Origin: Sphyrna mokarran
Lineage: Eukaryota
Length of the DNA stretch: 64,000 nt
Direction of reading: 5' to 3'
Assembly (NCBI GenBank): GCA_024679065.1
Contig: JAGIQG010000016.1
Coordinates: forward strand, 2,542,001 to 2,606,000
The translations under genes and the position numbers were made by a program. Shown here piece by piece: positions 23,500 to 35,264 of the stretch (positions are counted from its first letter, which is position 1; each line of letters opens with the position of its first letter). The notes beneath the pieces are model-generated. The model had not been told where the DNA came from. It ran no database searches and worked only from the letters and a program-made list of their open reading frames with translations.

Positions 23500-25605
23500 A
23501 AGGTGGGGGGGGGTGGATGTTGTGAGGGTGGGGGGGGATGTTTGAGAGTGCAGGGGGAATGGTGGGGGGGGATGTTGTGAGGGTGGGGGGGGGGGATGTT
23601 TGTGAGGGTGCGGGGGGGATGTTTGTGAGGGTGGGGGGGGATGTTGTGAGGGGGGGGGGGATGTTGTGAGGGTGGGGGGGGTGTTTGTGAGGGGGGGGGG
23701 ATGTTTGTGAGGGTGTTTGTGAGGGTGGGGGGGGATGTTGTGAGGGTGCGGGGGGGGTGTTGTGAGGGTGCGGGGGGGGAGGGTGCGGGTGTGTGTTGTG
23801 AGGGTGCGGGGGGGGGTGTTTGTGAGGGTGGGGGGGGATGTTGTGAGGGTGCGGGGGGGATGTTGTGAGGGTGGGGGTGTTCTGAGGTGGGAGGTGTTTG
23901 GGGTGGAGGGGAAGTGCGTGGCGGTTATTTATGGGGGGGTAATGTGAGGGTGGGGGATGTTGTGGGGGGTGGGGGGTGTTGGGGGGGACGGTTATTGCAT
24001 GGAGAGTATTGTGGGAGGATGGGGGCGATGGGAGGTTTTGTTCGGGTAGACGTTGTTGTGGGGCAGGGGGTGCTGCGTGGGAAGGGGGTGCTGTATGGGG
24101 GTGTGTGTGGGGGAGGGGGTGCTGTATGGGGGTGGTTTGGCAGGGTGTGTATGGAATGGGGGTGTTTTGGGAAGGGGGTGCTGTATGGGGGTGTTTGTGC
24201 TGTATGGGGGTGTTTGGGGCAGGGGGTGCTGTATGGGGGTTTGTGGGGAAGGGGGTGCTGTATGGGGGTGTTGTTGGGGAGGGGGTGCTGTATGGGGGTG
24301 TTTGGGGCGGGGGTGCTGTATGGGGGTGTCGTGGGGAGGGGGTGCTGTATGGGGGTGTCGTGGGGAAGGGGGTGCTGTATGGGGGTGTTTGGGCGGGGGT
24401 GCTGTATGGGGGTGTTGTGGGCAGGGGTGCATGGGGGGTGTTGCTGTATGGGGGTGTCGTGGGGCAGGGGGTGCTGTATGGGGGTGTCGTGGGGCAGGGG
24501 GGGAGGGGGTGCTGTATGGGGTGTGGGGCAGGGGTGCTGTATGGGGGTTGTGGGGCAGGGGGTGCTGTATGGGGGTGTTGGGGCAGGGGTGCTGTATGGG
24601 GGTGTTGTGGGCAGGGGGTGCTGTATGGGGGTGGTGGGGCAGGGGGTGCTGTATGGGTGGGGGAGGGGGTGCTGTATGGGGGTGTTGGGGCAGGGGGTGC
24701 TGTATGGGGGTGTCGTGGGGAAGGGGGTGCTGTATGGGGGTGTCGTGGGGCAGGGGTGCTGTATGGGGGTGTTTGGGGCAGGGGGTGCTGTATGGGGGTG
24801 TTTGGGGCAGGGGGTGCTGTATGGGGGGTTTGGGGCAGGGGGTGCGCAGGGGGTGCTGTATGGGTGTTTGGGGCGGGAGTGCTGTATGGGGGTGTTTGGG
24901 GCAGGGTGGTGGGGCGTGGGGCAGGGGTGCTGTATGGGGGTGTCGTGGGGAAGGGGGTGCTGTATGGGGGTGTGTGCTGTATGGGGGTGTCGTGGGGCAG
25001 GGGGTGCTGTATGGGGTGCAGGGGGTGCTGTATGGGGGGTTGGGCAGGGGTGCTGTATGGGGGTGTTTGGGGCAGGGGGTGCTGTATGGGGGTGTTTGGG
25101 CGGGGGTGCTGTATGGGGTGTTTGGGGCAGGGGGATGGGGGCAGGGGTGGTAGGGGTGTCGTGGGGCAGGGGGTGTGCTGTGTGTATGGGGGTGTCGTGG
25201 GGCGGGGTGCTGTATGGCAGGGGGGTGTGTAGGGGGTGCGTGGGGAAGGGGTGCTTGTATGGGGGTGGGGGGCAGGGGGTGTATGGGCAGGGGGTGTTTG
25301 GGGAATGGGGGTGCGTATGGGGGGTGATATGGGGCAGGGGGTGCTGTAGGGGGGTGTTTGGGGCAGGGGGTGCTGTATGGGGGTGTCGTGGGGAAGATGG
25401 GGTGTGGGGCCTGTATGGGGGTAGGGGTGGGGAAGGGGGTATGGGGGTGTTGGGGCAGGGGGTGCTGTATGGGGGTGTTTGGGGCAGGGGGTGCTGTATG
25501 GGGGTGTTTGTGGGTATTGGGGAAGGGGGTGCTGTATGGGGGTGTTGTGGGGAAGGGGGTGCTGTATGGGGGTGTTGTGGGGAAGGGGGTGCTGTATGGG
25601 GGTGG
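23500..25605 (+). repeat. G-rich low-complexity minisatellites (ggggatgttgtgagggt; ggggtgctgtatgggggtgt)
   Basis: Direct inspection; source of the spurious Pro/His and Gly/Val ORFs. Confidence 0.92.
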
Positions 25606-25864
25606 GACAATGTCTCCGATATTTATCTCTCACCCACCATTACCGGTCCGAATGATCACCAATCTCGGTTACTGGGATCTTGCTGTGCATGAATTGCCCG
25701 CTGTGTTTCCTACGTTGCAGCGGGGAGCTCACTTCCACATAAATACTCCTTCAGTGACTGTGAAAAGTTTTGGGATAGCCTGAGGTCAGGATAGGTGCTA
25801 GAGAAATGCAGAGTTCCTGTCCATTCTCAATTTCACAAACACTTTCTTTTTACGTTCTATTGTT

Positions 25865-26355
25865 CTCTTCCTTTCTTTCATTCCATCTTTCTCTCTTTCT
25901 TTCTCTCATTCCTTTCCTCTCCCTCTCTTCTTCTCTTCCTCTTTTCCTTTTCTATCTCTCTTCTTCTCTTTCTCTCTCTATCTCTCTTTTTCTATCCCTC
26001 TCCCTCTTTTTCAATCCCTCTCCCTCTATCTCTCTCCCTCTATCTCTCTCCCTCTATCTCTCTCCCTCTATCTCTCTCCCTCTATCTCTATCTCTTTCTC
26101 TCTATCTCTATCTCTCTCTGAGTAAGTTTCTGCCTCTGTTTCTCTCAGTCCCTCTCTGTGTCTCTCTGTCTGTCTCTCCCTCTCTCTCTCTCTGACTCTG
26201 TATGTATGTGTCTCTCTCTCTCAATCTCTTTCTCTGTCTCTCTTTCTGTATCTGTCTCTGTATCTTTCTCTCTCTCTCTAAATCTCTCTCTCTCTGTCAC
26301 TCTCATTCTCTCTCTCTCCCTCTCAGTCTCTCTCTCTCTCTCACTATCACTCTCT
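25865..26355 (+). repeat. (CT)n-like polypyrimidine tract
   Basis: Direct inspection; runs into the N gap. Confidence 0.9.
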
Positions 26356-26500
26356 NNNNNNNNNNNNNNNNNNNNNNNNNNNNNNNNNNNNNNNNNNNNN
26401 NNNNNNNNNNNNNNNNNNNNNNNNNNNNNNNNNNNNNNNNNNNNNNNNNNNNNNNNNNNNNNNNNNNNNNNNNNNNNNNNNNNNNNNNNNNNNNNNNNNN
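26356..26500. other. Assembly gap (145 N)
   Basis: Run of N. Confidence 1.
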
Positions 26501-27060
26501 CTCTGCTGGGTTTTATGGTTCCAGGTCTTACAGACATAGATGATGTGATTCTCGTCCTCTTCCAGCACCCTGACCAGACCGTCTCTCAGAGCCCAGGAAG
26601 CAGCCCGGGTTTTCCCTGGCTTCTTATCCGAATACAGCCGCATCCACTGCCAGTAACACAGGGCACCGTAGGCCACGATGCCCAGCACCAGCTTGACTGG
26701 ACTCACTGACCACCTCCACATGGCTGTGGGTCAACGGATACGGGGAGACACGAGAAGCTTCAGGGGACCGGGAGCTGGACAGTGGTTCCAAGACAAGAGG
26801 TGTGTCAGTCACGCAGGGTCTGATTCAGTGAGGAACCCTCCCCAGTCATGAGGAAGACCTGCCATCAGAACGTAGGACTGAGGGTCCAGGAAGCAGAGCC
26901 CTGAGGAGCAGTGAGCTGGAGAACATGGAATGGAGTCACTGACTGGCCTGATAAGTATCCAGGGAGATACATCAAACTCTCCAAATACACAACTCCATTG
27001 TGAGGTCAGGGGAGAATGGGCTGATCACCATTGTTACCCATACAGGGACATCCATTTCCA

Positions 27061-27355
27061 NNNNNNNNNNNNNNNNNNNNNNNNNNNNNNNNNNNNNNNN
27101 NNNNNNNNNNNNNNNNNNNNNNNNNNNNNNNNNNNNNNNNNNNNNNNNNNNNNNNNNNNNNNNNNNNNNNNNNNNNNNNNNNNNNNNNNNNNNNNNNNNN
27201 NNNNNNNNNNNNNNNNNNNNNNNNNNNNNNNNNNNNNNNNNNNNNNNNNNNNNNNNNNNNNNNNNNNNNNNNNNNNNNNNNNNNNNNNNNNNNNNNNNNN
27301 NNNNNNNNNNNNNNNNNNNNNNNNNNNNNNNNNNNNNNNNNNNNNNNNNNNNNNN
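27061..27355. other. Assembly gap (295 N)
   Basis: Run of N. Confidence 1.
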
Positions 27356-27656
27356 TCCCTCTTCTCTCTCTCTGTATCTCTCTCCCTCTTCTCTCTCTCT
27401 TTCTCTGCCTTTCTCTCTCTCTCTGGGTGGAATTTTACAACCTCGCTCGACCTGGGACCGGAAAACCCATCCCAGGTCAGTGGACGTTTCCATTGTCCCC
27501 TCGCCTGCTCCAATTCCGTGTCAGATGGGGCTCTAAAATTCCAGCGTGTGTGTCTCCTCTCACTTTCTCTTTCTCTCCGTATCTCCCTCTCAATCTCTTT
27601 CCATGTCTGCCTCACATACTCTGTGCTGTACCAGTCCTGGGAAAGTTTGATGGGTA

Positions 27657-27893
27657 TGATGTAGAGATGCTGGCGTTGGACTGGGGTAAACACGGTGAGA
27701 AGTCTGACAACACCAGGTTTAAATCCAACCGATTTATTTGATAGTAAACTCACAAGCTTTCGGGGCTCTACTCTTCGTCAGGTGGATGGAGAGTTCCATT
27801 CACCTGACGAAGGGAGAAACCTTGAAAGCTCTTGAGTTTACTATCAAATAAATCGGTTGGATTTAAATCTGGTGTTGTCAGACTTTTTACAAT
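27657..27893. mobile_element. Penelope-derived inverted pLTR (palindromic) element
   Basis: agtctgacaacaccaggttt…gcttt…tcaggtg arm followed by its reverse complement. Confidence 0.85.
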
Positions 27894-28319
27894 GTTTGAT
27901 GGGGGGACAGTGTAGAGGGAGCTTTACTCTGTATCTAACCCCGTGCTGTACCTGTCCTGGGAGTGTTTGATGGGGGACAGTGTAGATGGGGAATTACTCT
28001 CTGTCTAACCTGGTGCTGTGTTAGTCTTTGGACTGGAAGGGTTAATCGATAATGAAAGGAAGGTTTGCAGACACAGTGTTAATCCCTGAGGCATTCAAAC
28101 TGTCTCGATTGTCACATGGGACTTTCACCCTTGTGATTTTCCCTTCCTTCCTCTTTTGTTCCTCGCTCAGTGGAATGTTCCGGAATTTCCACACCCTGTT
28201 GTACTGACAGAGCGTAGATAAACTGTGGCAATTAGATAGCTCAACTGATCCCCAGGATGAGGGGGGGGATGGGGTTTTCTAAAACCCTAAGGGAAGGTAG
28301 TGCAGGCTGGGCTGGTATC

Positions 28320-28760
28320 TTTGATTTGATTTATTATTGTCATGTGTATTAACACACAGTGAAAAGTATTGTTTCTTGTGCGCTATACAGACAAAACATA
28401 CCGTTCATAGAGAAGGAAAGGAGAGAGCGCAGAACGTCGTGTTACAGTCACAGCGAGGGGTGTAGAGAAAGACCAACTTAATGCGAGGTAGGTCCATTCA
28501 AGAGTCTGACAGCAGCAGGGAGGAAGCTGTTCTTGACTCAGTCGGTACATGACCTCAGACTTTTGTATCTTTTTCCCAACGGAAGAAGGTGGAAGAGAGA
28601 ATGTCCGGGGTGCGTGGGGGTCCTTAATTATGCCGGTTGCTTTTCCCCGAGGTAGCAGGAAGTGTAGACAGAGTCAATGGATGGGAGGCTGGTTTGTGTG
28701 ATGGATTGGGCTACATTCATAACTATTTGTAATTCCTTGTGGGTCTTGGGCAGAGCAGCA
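28320..28760 (-). mobile_element. Rex1/Babar-type LINE 3' fragment
   Basis: Same family as 7955. Confidence 0.8.
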
Positions 28761-29194
28761 GCAATTGCTGTCAATATTTTCTGGTTGAACCTGTAACAAT
28801 CAGTGAGAGTTTGGGGGACTGTGAGGTGATCTTATCGAATCAGATCAGTTCCTGAGAGGTTTTGACAGGCTGGATTTGGAGAGGATATTTCCTCCTCGTG
28901 GGAGGATTAAAACAAGGAGTCTCCCGATTAAGATAGAGATGTTTGCAGAGTCAAGGTTATAATCAGATCAGCCAGAATCTTATCGAACTGAGTAGCAGGC
29001 TCGAGGGGCTGAGTGCTCTTCTCCTGCTCCGAATTTAAATTTCTGTATGCAATTAGCATCTTTAACTTGTTAATCACCCCGAGTTTTCTCAGAGCAGCGA
29101 TTTTGAGGCAGAATATATCACTGAGCTCCTCGAGGAGTTAATCAGGTACAGAGCAACCTCAAACTCACTCAAAGAGGCTCAAAAGGTGGATGCG

Positions 29195-29575
29195 ACAGGG
29201 AGAGAGAGAAAAAACAGAGACAGAGAGAAGGAAAAAGACAGAGAGTGAGCGTGTGCAAGAAGGGAGAGAGAAACAGAGAAGCAGAGAAAGAAAGGGGAAG
29301 AGAGAGAGGAGAGACAGAAAGAGAGACGGGGGAGAGATAGAGACAGAGAAACAGAGAAAGAGAGGGCAAGGGGGCGGGGGAGAGGAGAAAGAGAGGAGAC
29401 AGAGAGAGAGCAAAGCAGAGAGAGACCGACAGAGACAGAGAGGTAGACAGAGGGAAGGAAAAATAGAGAGAGACACAGAAAAAGAGAAGCAGAGACGGAG
29501 AGAAAGGAGACGCAGGGAGAGAGACAGATGGCAACAGAGTGAGAGAGACACAGAGAGAGAGACACAGAAAGGGAG
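29195..29575 (+). repeat. (GA)n-like polypurine tract
   Basis: Direct inspection. Confidence 0.9.
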
Positions 29576-30009
29576 GTGGAGAAGTTTAGGGAGGGAATTC
29601 CAGACTTAGGGCCATCAATGATGGAGTGATATGGAGAGTGTTGTCCTGCAGCAGTGTCACAGGAGGAGTTCAGAGAGGTTTCATGCTTAACATTACAGAC
29701 TAATCAACAGCCCAGCCCCTCCCTGACCACTCCACTGTGTCACCTTGGTCCAGCAGAGGAAGGGTTAACCCTCTTCCCCTCCCAGGGATTTCTCAGCTTC
29801 CTCTCCTGAAGCTATTAACCAGCTTCAGGTTAATGAGACTTTGGATCTTCCAGTAATGAGGGCAGGGCTACAATGACAGTGTTATCATTACAGAGTCTGA
29901 AGCAGGCAGGGGAAATTCCCTAAGTATGTGTGATAATGTTCAACTAGCACAGTCTACCAGAGGAATGGCTTCTACTGCGTACTCTCTTCAGTTAGTTCCT
30001 GCTTTATAT

Positions 30010-30810
30010 CAATTTATTCATTCCCGGGACATGGGGGTCACTGGCCGGGTCCAGCATTTACCCCCCCCATCCCTAATTGCCCCTTAAGAAGGTGATGGGT
30101 GAACCCGCTGCAGTCCCCGTGTGGTGTAGGTACACCCACAGTGCTGTTAGGGAGGGAGTTCCAGGATTTTGACCCCAGTGACAGTGAAGGAACAGCCGAT
30201 ATATTTCCAAATCGGGATGGTGAGTGACTCGGAGGGGAACCTCCAGGTGGGGGTGTTCCCAGGTATCTGCTGCCCTTGTCCTTCTAGATGGTAGAGGTGG
30301 TGGGTTTGGAAGGTGCTGCCTAAGGAGCCTTGGTGAGTTGCTGCAGTGCATCTTGTAGATGGTACACACGGCTGTCACTGTGTGTCAGGGTTGGAGGGAG
30401 TGAGTGTTTGTGGTTAGTGTGTCGATCAAGTGGGGCCTCATTTGTCCTGGATGGTGTCGAGTTCTTGAGTGTTGTTGGATCTGCACCCATCCAGCCGAGT
30501 GGGGAGTATTCCATCACACTCCTGACTTGTGTCCTTGTAGATGGTGGACAGGCTTTGGGAGTCAGGAGGTGAGTTACTCACCGCAGGATTCCCAGCCTCT
30601 GACCTGCTCTTGTAGCCACAGTATTTATATGGCTGAGTCCAGTTCAGTTTCTGGTCATTGATAATCCCCAGGATGTTGACAGTGAGCTATTCCGCAATGT
30701 TGATGCCATTGAGTGCCAGGTTAGAGTGTTGGTGAGGGTCGTGGCCTGGCATTGGCACGGAGTGGGTATTTTTTGCCACTTTGTCAGCCCGACCCTGGAT
30801 ACTGTTGAAT
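30010..30810 (-). mobile_element. CR1-clade LINE 3' end (second family)
   Basis: MEYSPLGWMGA.PTTLK…AVCTIYKMHCSNSPRLLRQHLPNP. Confidence 0.8.
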
Positions 30811-31259
30811 AGATTTGAGTTGCAAGTCGAGAGAGAGATGGAAAATTTGGAGAATTCTGAGGCTTTGGTGAGTGTGGACAATTTGGGTTCATTCTCAGTC
30901 ACTTACCTCAGCCGAGAGCCACTTCCCGATTTCACTTCCTGCTCTCACCTTCCAGCAAGTTCCCAGTCCTGGAAGGGGAAAATCCTTCTCTCTCAATGGT
31001 TCAATCTCTCATTCATGCAACCTGCACACTCGGAAAATCACCACCAGAACTGCTGATGAAGTGTGGCACCATCAGAATGATGTATCTGGGATCTTGCTGT
31101 GTTTGCTGGCCTCTTCCACATTGCAACAATGACCTCACCACCCCCACCCCCCACCCCAGCCCCAAAGAGTTCAGGTGGTTCACATGCTGGGACACAATGA
31201 GACAGGGGGCAGAGGCGCACGTTCCATTGGATGGCTGGTGGTTGGACAGTGGTGAGGTT

Positions 31260-31950
31260 TCATAGAATCATGGCGATATTCAGCTTGGAAACAGGCCCTT
31301 CGGCCCAACCTGTCCATGATGGCCAGGCTTCCGATACTGAACTAGTCCCATTTGTCTGCATTTGGCACCCCCGTATCCCCCTAAACCTTTCCCATCAATG
31401 CACCTGCCCAAATATCTTTTAAATGTTGCCACCTACCGCCTCCTCTGGCAGCTCATTCCCCATACACACCATCCTCTGTGTGAAAAAGTTGGCTCTCTAG
31501 TTCCGTTTCTCTCTCATCTTAACCCTTTAGTTTTGGACTCCCCCTACCCCAGGGAAAAGACCCCAGCTCTTCACCTTATCTTTGCCCCTCATGATTTTAT
31601 AAATCTCTATAAGGTCACCCTCCTCATTCTCCTACATCCAGGGAAAGAATTCCCAGCCTCTCCATGTAATTCAAGCTTTCCAATCCTGGAAATATCCTGT
31701 CAATCTTCCACCCTCTCCAGTTTAGTAACATTCTTCCTGTAGCACTATGACCAGAATCGTACACAATACTCCAAATGTGGCCTTGCTGATGTCTTGTACA
31801 GTTGTAACATAACATGCCTGTACTCAATACTCTGGAGGCACATGTGCCAAATGCCTTCTCCACCACCCTGTCTATCTGTGATGATGCCACTTTCCCAGAA
31901 CTGTATTCTTGCATCCATTAGTCCTCTCTATTCAACAACACTCCCCAGGG
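31260..31950 (-). mobile_element. CR1 LINE 3' fragment, degenerate
   Basis: QIDRVVEKAFG…; CR1 3' UTR at 31260-31330. Confidence 0.8.
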
Positions 31951-32064
31951 TCCGACTGTGCAAGCTTTGAGAAAGGGTCAATCTGGACTCGAAACGTCAG
32001 CTCTTTTCTCTCCCTACCGATGTTGCCAGGTCTGCTGAGATTTTCCAGCATTTTCTCTTTTGGG

Positions 32065-32480
32065 GGTGAAAAGGCAGCTTGATCATTCACCCATCATCAT
32101 CGATGAGGACCTTGACACCATTAGTCATTTCGAGGCTGGTTGCAGTGTGTCCAAAGATCAGGCCAATTCGGGCATGGAATATCCCAGCACATATTGGGCA
32201 GACTTGTGTAGACACTGTTGTTATTGCGCTGAACTTGCGTAGCTCGCGCTAAAGTTGTGCTTTAGCAATACACCTCGCTTCGTGAGCCTGACAGCCTTTG
32301 AGTATGAGGCAGCGTCAGGTAGGGCAGTTTTGTACCAGCATTTCCCAGGTTTTTTATGTCAAGCGACTCCAGGGAGGCTTTGAGTGTGTCTTTGTAATAT
32401 TTCTTCTGCTCTCCATGCGAGTGTCTTCCAGTTCCTCAAAAAAGGAGCTGCTTGGGTATGAAACAGGGCAATGGTGATGG
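32065..32480 (-). mobile_element. RTE-clade LINE 3' end
   Basis: Minus strand encodes the C-terminal zinc finger VCPICAGIFHARIGLI; (GAT)n near the end. Confidence 0.65.
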
Positions 32481-32970
32481 TGTGGAAACTAGAACTTGAT
32501 TTGAATTAAAGTGAGGGAGAGTTGCTCAGCGTCAACCTCACTCTCTCTTCCCAATTCCCATCTAGATCCAGTGGCAAGACAAGAGTCAAGGCGGCTGGAG
32601 GTGGGACTAGGGGCAGTGGATGACCAGGATATCTTCTGTGTCTTGTCCTGCTCTTTGCGTTCCACGACGCTTACAGAGACCGCCTTCTTGACCATTGGAC
32701 CTTCCACTGATGCACTCAAGCCGCCAGATTGTCTTCACACGCTGGGATGGATATCTCCCCGAGGGTTGAGACCCCTCGGCTACCCTCGCTTGGTTTAGCC
32801 GGCTTGTCAAGGCCGTTGCCCCGGGGTGTGGCTGCTCTCGCAGCTACGGGGGGCCACGGGTCAGAGCTGAGTGCCAAGTGGGACACAGGATGGACAAAAC
32901 ATCCTGAAAGGACGCAACATGTTCCCCCACCAGAGGTACTACCCCATCCCTGTCAGCCCTGTATAGGCAA

Positions 32971-33272
32971 GGTGGCACAGTGATTAGCACTGCTGCCTCA
33001 CAGCGCCAGGGACCCGTGTTTGACTCCCAGCTTGGGTCACTGTCTGTGTGGAGTCTGCATGTTCTCCCCGTGTCTGCGTGGGTTTCCTCTGGGTGCTCCG
33101 GTTTCCTCCCACAATGCGAAAGATGTTCTGATTAGTCACATTGGCCATGCTAAATTCTACCTCAGTGTACCCGAACGGGTGCCAGAGTGTGGCGACTAGA
33201 GATTTTTCACAGTAACTTCATTGTAGTATTAATGTAAGCCTCCTAATGACACTAATAAATAAATAAACTTGA
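32971..33272 (+). mobile_element. tRNA-derived SINE
   Basis: Full head, core and tail. Confidence 0.88.
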
Positions 33273-33405
33273 AACACTTTTAGTTTCAGATTCCATATAT
33301 ACAGAAATTTGTTTTTATCCTGTGCAAATCCTGCCCTGGATTCTCTTGCCAAAATGCAAGTCTTCCAACATTTTCGTTTTTCTCGATATTTTCAGTCTTA
33401 TTTTT

Positions 33406-33582
33406 TGATGTGGAGATGCCGGCGTTGGACTGGGGTAAACACAGTAAGAAGTCTCACAACACCAGGTTAAAGTCCAACAGGTTTATTTGGTAGCACAAGC
33501 TTTCAGAGTCACTCGCCTGATGAAGGAGAGACACTCTAAAAGCCTGTGCTGCCAAATAAACCTGTTGGTCTTTAACCTGGAG
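33406..33582. mobile_element. Penelope-derived inverted pLTR element
   Basis: ccaggttaaagtccaacaggtttatttgg … ccaaataaacctgttggtctttaacctgg. Confidence 0.85.
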
Positions 33583-33627
33583 TTTGTCCACAAAATCACC
33601 ATGCTGTAGTGTAGTTATTGCCCAATA

Positions 33628-34200
33628 GGTTTGAAGGATGTTATGGTGAGGTTGTGTAAGACATTGGTGAGGTCGCATTTACAGTATTGTGTGCAGTCTC
33701 GGTCACCCAATTACAGGAAGGATATTAATAAGATTGAAAGAGTGCAGAGAAGGTTCACAAGGATGTCGACAGACTTGAAAAACTGAATTACAGAGAGAGA
33801 TTGAATAGGTTAGGACTTTATTCCCTGGAGCATAGAGGAATAAGGGGAGATTTTGATGGGTATAGATAGAATGAATACTAGCAGATTTTTTCCACTGAGG
33901 CTAGGGGAAAAAAAACTAGAGAGCATGGGTTAAGGGTGAAAGGAGAAAAGTTTAAAGGGAAAATTGCAGGGGAGAGGGGGGTTCTTCACACAGAGAGTGG
34001 TGGGAATGTGGAAATGAGTTGCCAGATGAAGTGGCAAATGCGGGCTGACTTTTAACATTTAAGGAAAACTTGGATAAGTACATGGATGAGAGGGGTGTGG
34101 AGGGATATGGTTCAGATGCAGGGAGTAGGCAAAAAATGGTTTGGCACAGACAAGAAGGGTCAAAGGGCCTGTTTCTGTGCTGTAATGTTCTATGGTTCTA
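33628..34200 (+). mobile_element. CR1 LINE 3' fragment with (TTCTATG)-type tail
   Basis: Same subfamily as 40160-41290. Confidence 0.88.
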
Positions 34201-34280
34201 AATCTATATGGCCATCTATAGGTTAATTATAAGTCTGAGAATTATTTACAAATATACAGTAGAGAAATGGGAGGGTGAAG

Positions 34281-34497
34281 GGGGCGTGGCAGGCGGAAGC
34301 CCGTGCCTAATATGGTCATTGACGTTGCGAAGGTGGGGATTCCCGCCCTGGATGATGCTTTGGGGTGAATCATTTTCCTGATGCAAGTTTCTCGTAATGA
34401 GACAGAGTGACAAAAACTCCTTCCTCACTCTGAGCACGTTTTATATTCACATTGGCGAGATCGGCTCTTGGATCCAGCAGAGAGCAACTCTGTAAGT
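34281..34497 (+). promoter_or_regulatory. Probable promoter and short non-coding exon 1 of the BTG gene
   Basis: GC box 34281-90, ETS core CGGAAG, CArG CCTAATATGG 34306-15, TGACGT 34320-25, kB GGGGATTCCC 34335-44, TGAATCA 34366-72, TGATGCAA 34379-86, TATA-like TTTTATAT 34439-46 and GTAAGT donor 34492-97. The ATG exon has its own acceptor at 37817-18. Confidence 0.65.
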
Positions 34498-35264
34498 AGC
34501 AGTTTACAACAAAAATAAAGTGAAATTTAAATTGAAACTAACCTGGGCAATAAGTTTATAAAACTTTCAGAAAAGTTTCTTCAAAAGTTTGCGCTGAACA
34601 TTTTCTTAGTAATGAGAATTAAACTGCCAACTATCTTTCAACAATCTCAGAGGAAATATATTTTTCAGGGATAGAAATATATTTTTCGAAGTTATTTAGA
34701 AGTTTGTTTTGTGAATGTTTGTGTTAGTTTAGAGAGTGTGATACAATAACTCGCTCCTTCGCTGTATTTCAGCGATACATCTCCCCAGCGATGCTCCCCA
34801 CACTTCTTTAGTCTCAACATTTTCTGTTTCTTTATCGTTTTAATTAATAAGTAATCTGTACCTAATCCTTGTGTTCAACTGTTTCACAAGAGCCCCGTTT
34901 CCAGCGGAACCGATGATCCTGTTACAGGAATCATCATCATTTCTGAGACAGGGTCAGGGAGTCACTCTGAAGGGAACAATTAATTTTCTCACCCCTTTTC
35001 GTTTGGGCCATGTGGATGTTGATGGGATGGTGCCTCATGTAAACCCGGGGAGCGCGGGGCGGAGGACGGTATAGCCGAGTACGGGGGGGGGGTACAGCAC
35101 GGGGCGGAGGAGGGTATAGCCGAGTGCGGGGGGGTACAGCACGGGGAGGGCCGGTGGGGTTTACCGGTATGCTTTTTAATATAAGACTGATTAATTCCTC
35201 AATGGGGGGTGTGTGAAAAGAGTTTTTGAAGATTAATAATTGAGTTGAACATTGGACGGGGCCA

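Noticed and set aside
23474-25692. Long Pro/His/Thr and Gly/Val/Cys ORFs (up to 719 aa)
   Set aside because: Open in several frames on both strands because the G-rich tandem repeat lacks stop codons; no splice or domain support.
31965-32060. Second-family pLTR hammerhead (gggtca…gactcgaaacgtca)
   Set aside because: The CUGANGA core is mutated (UUGAGAA); treated as a dead remnant.
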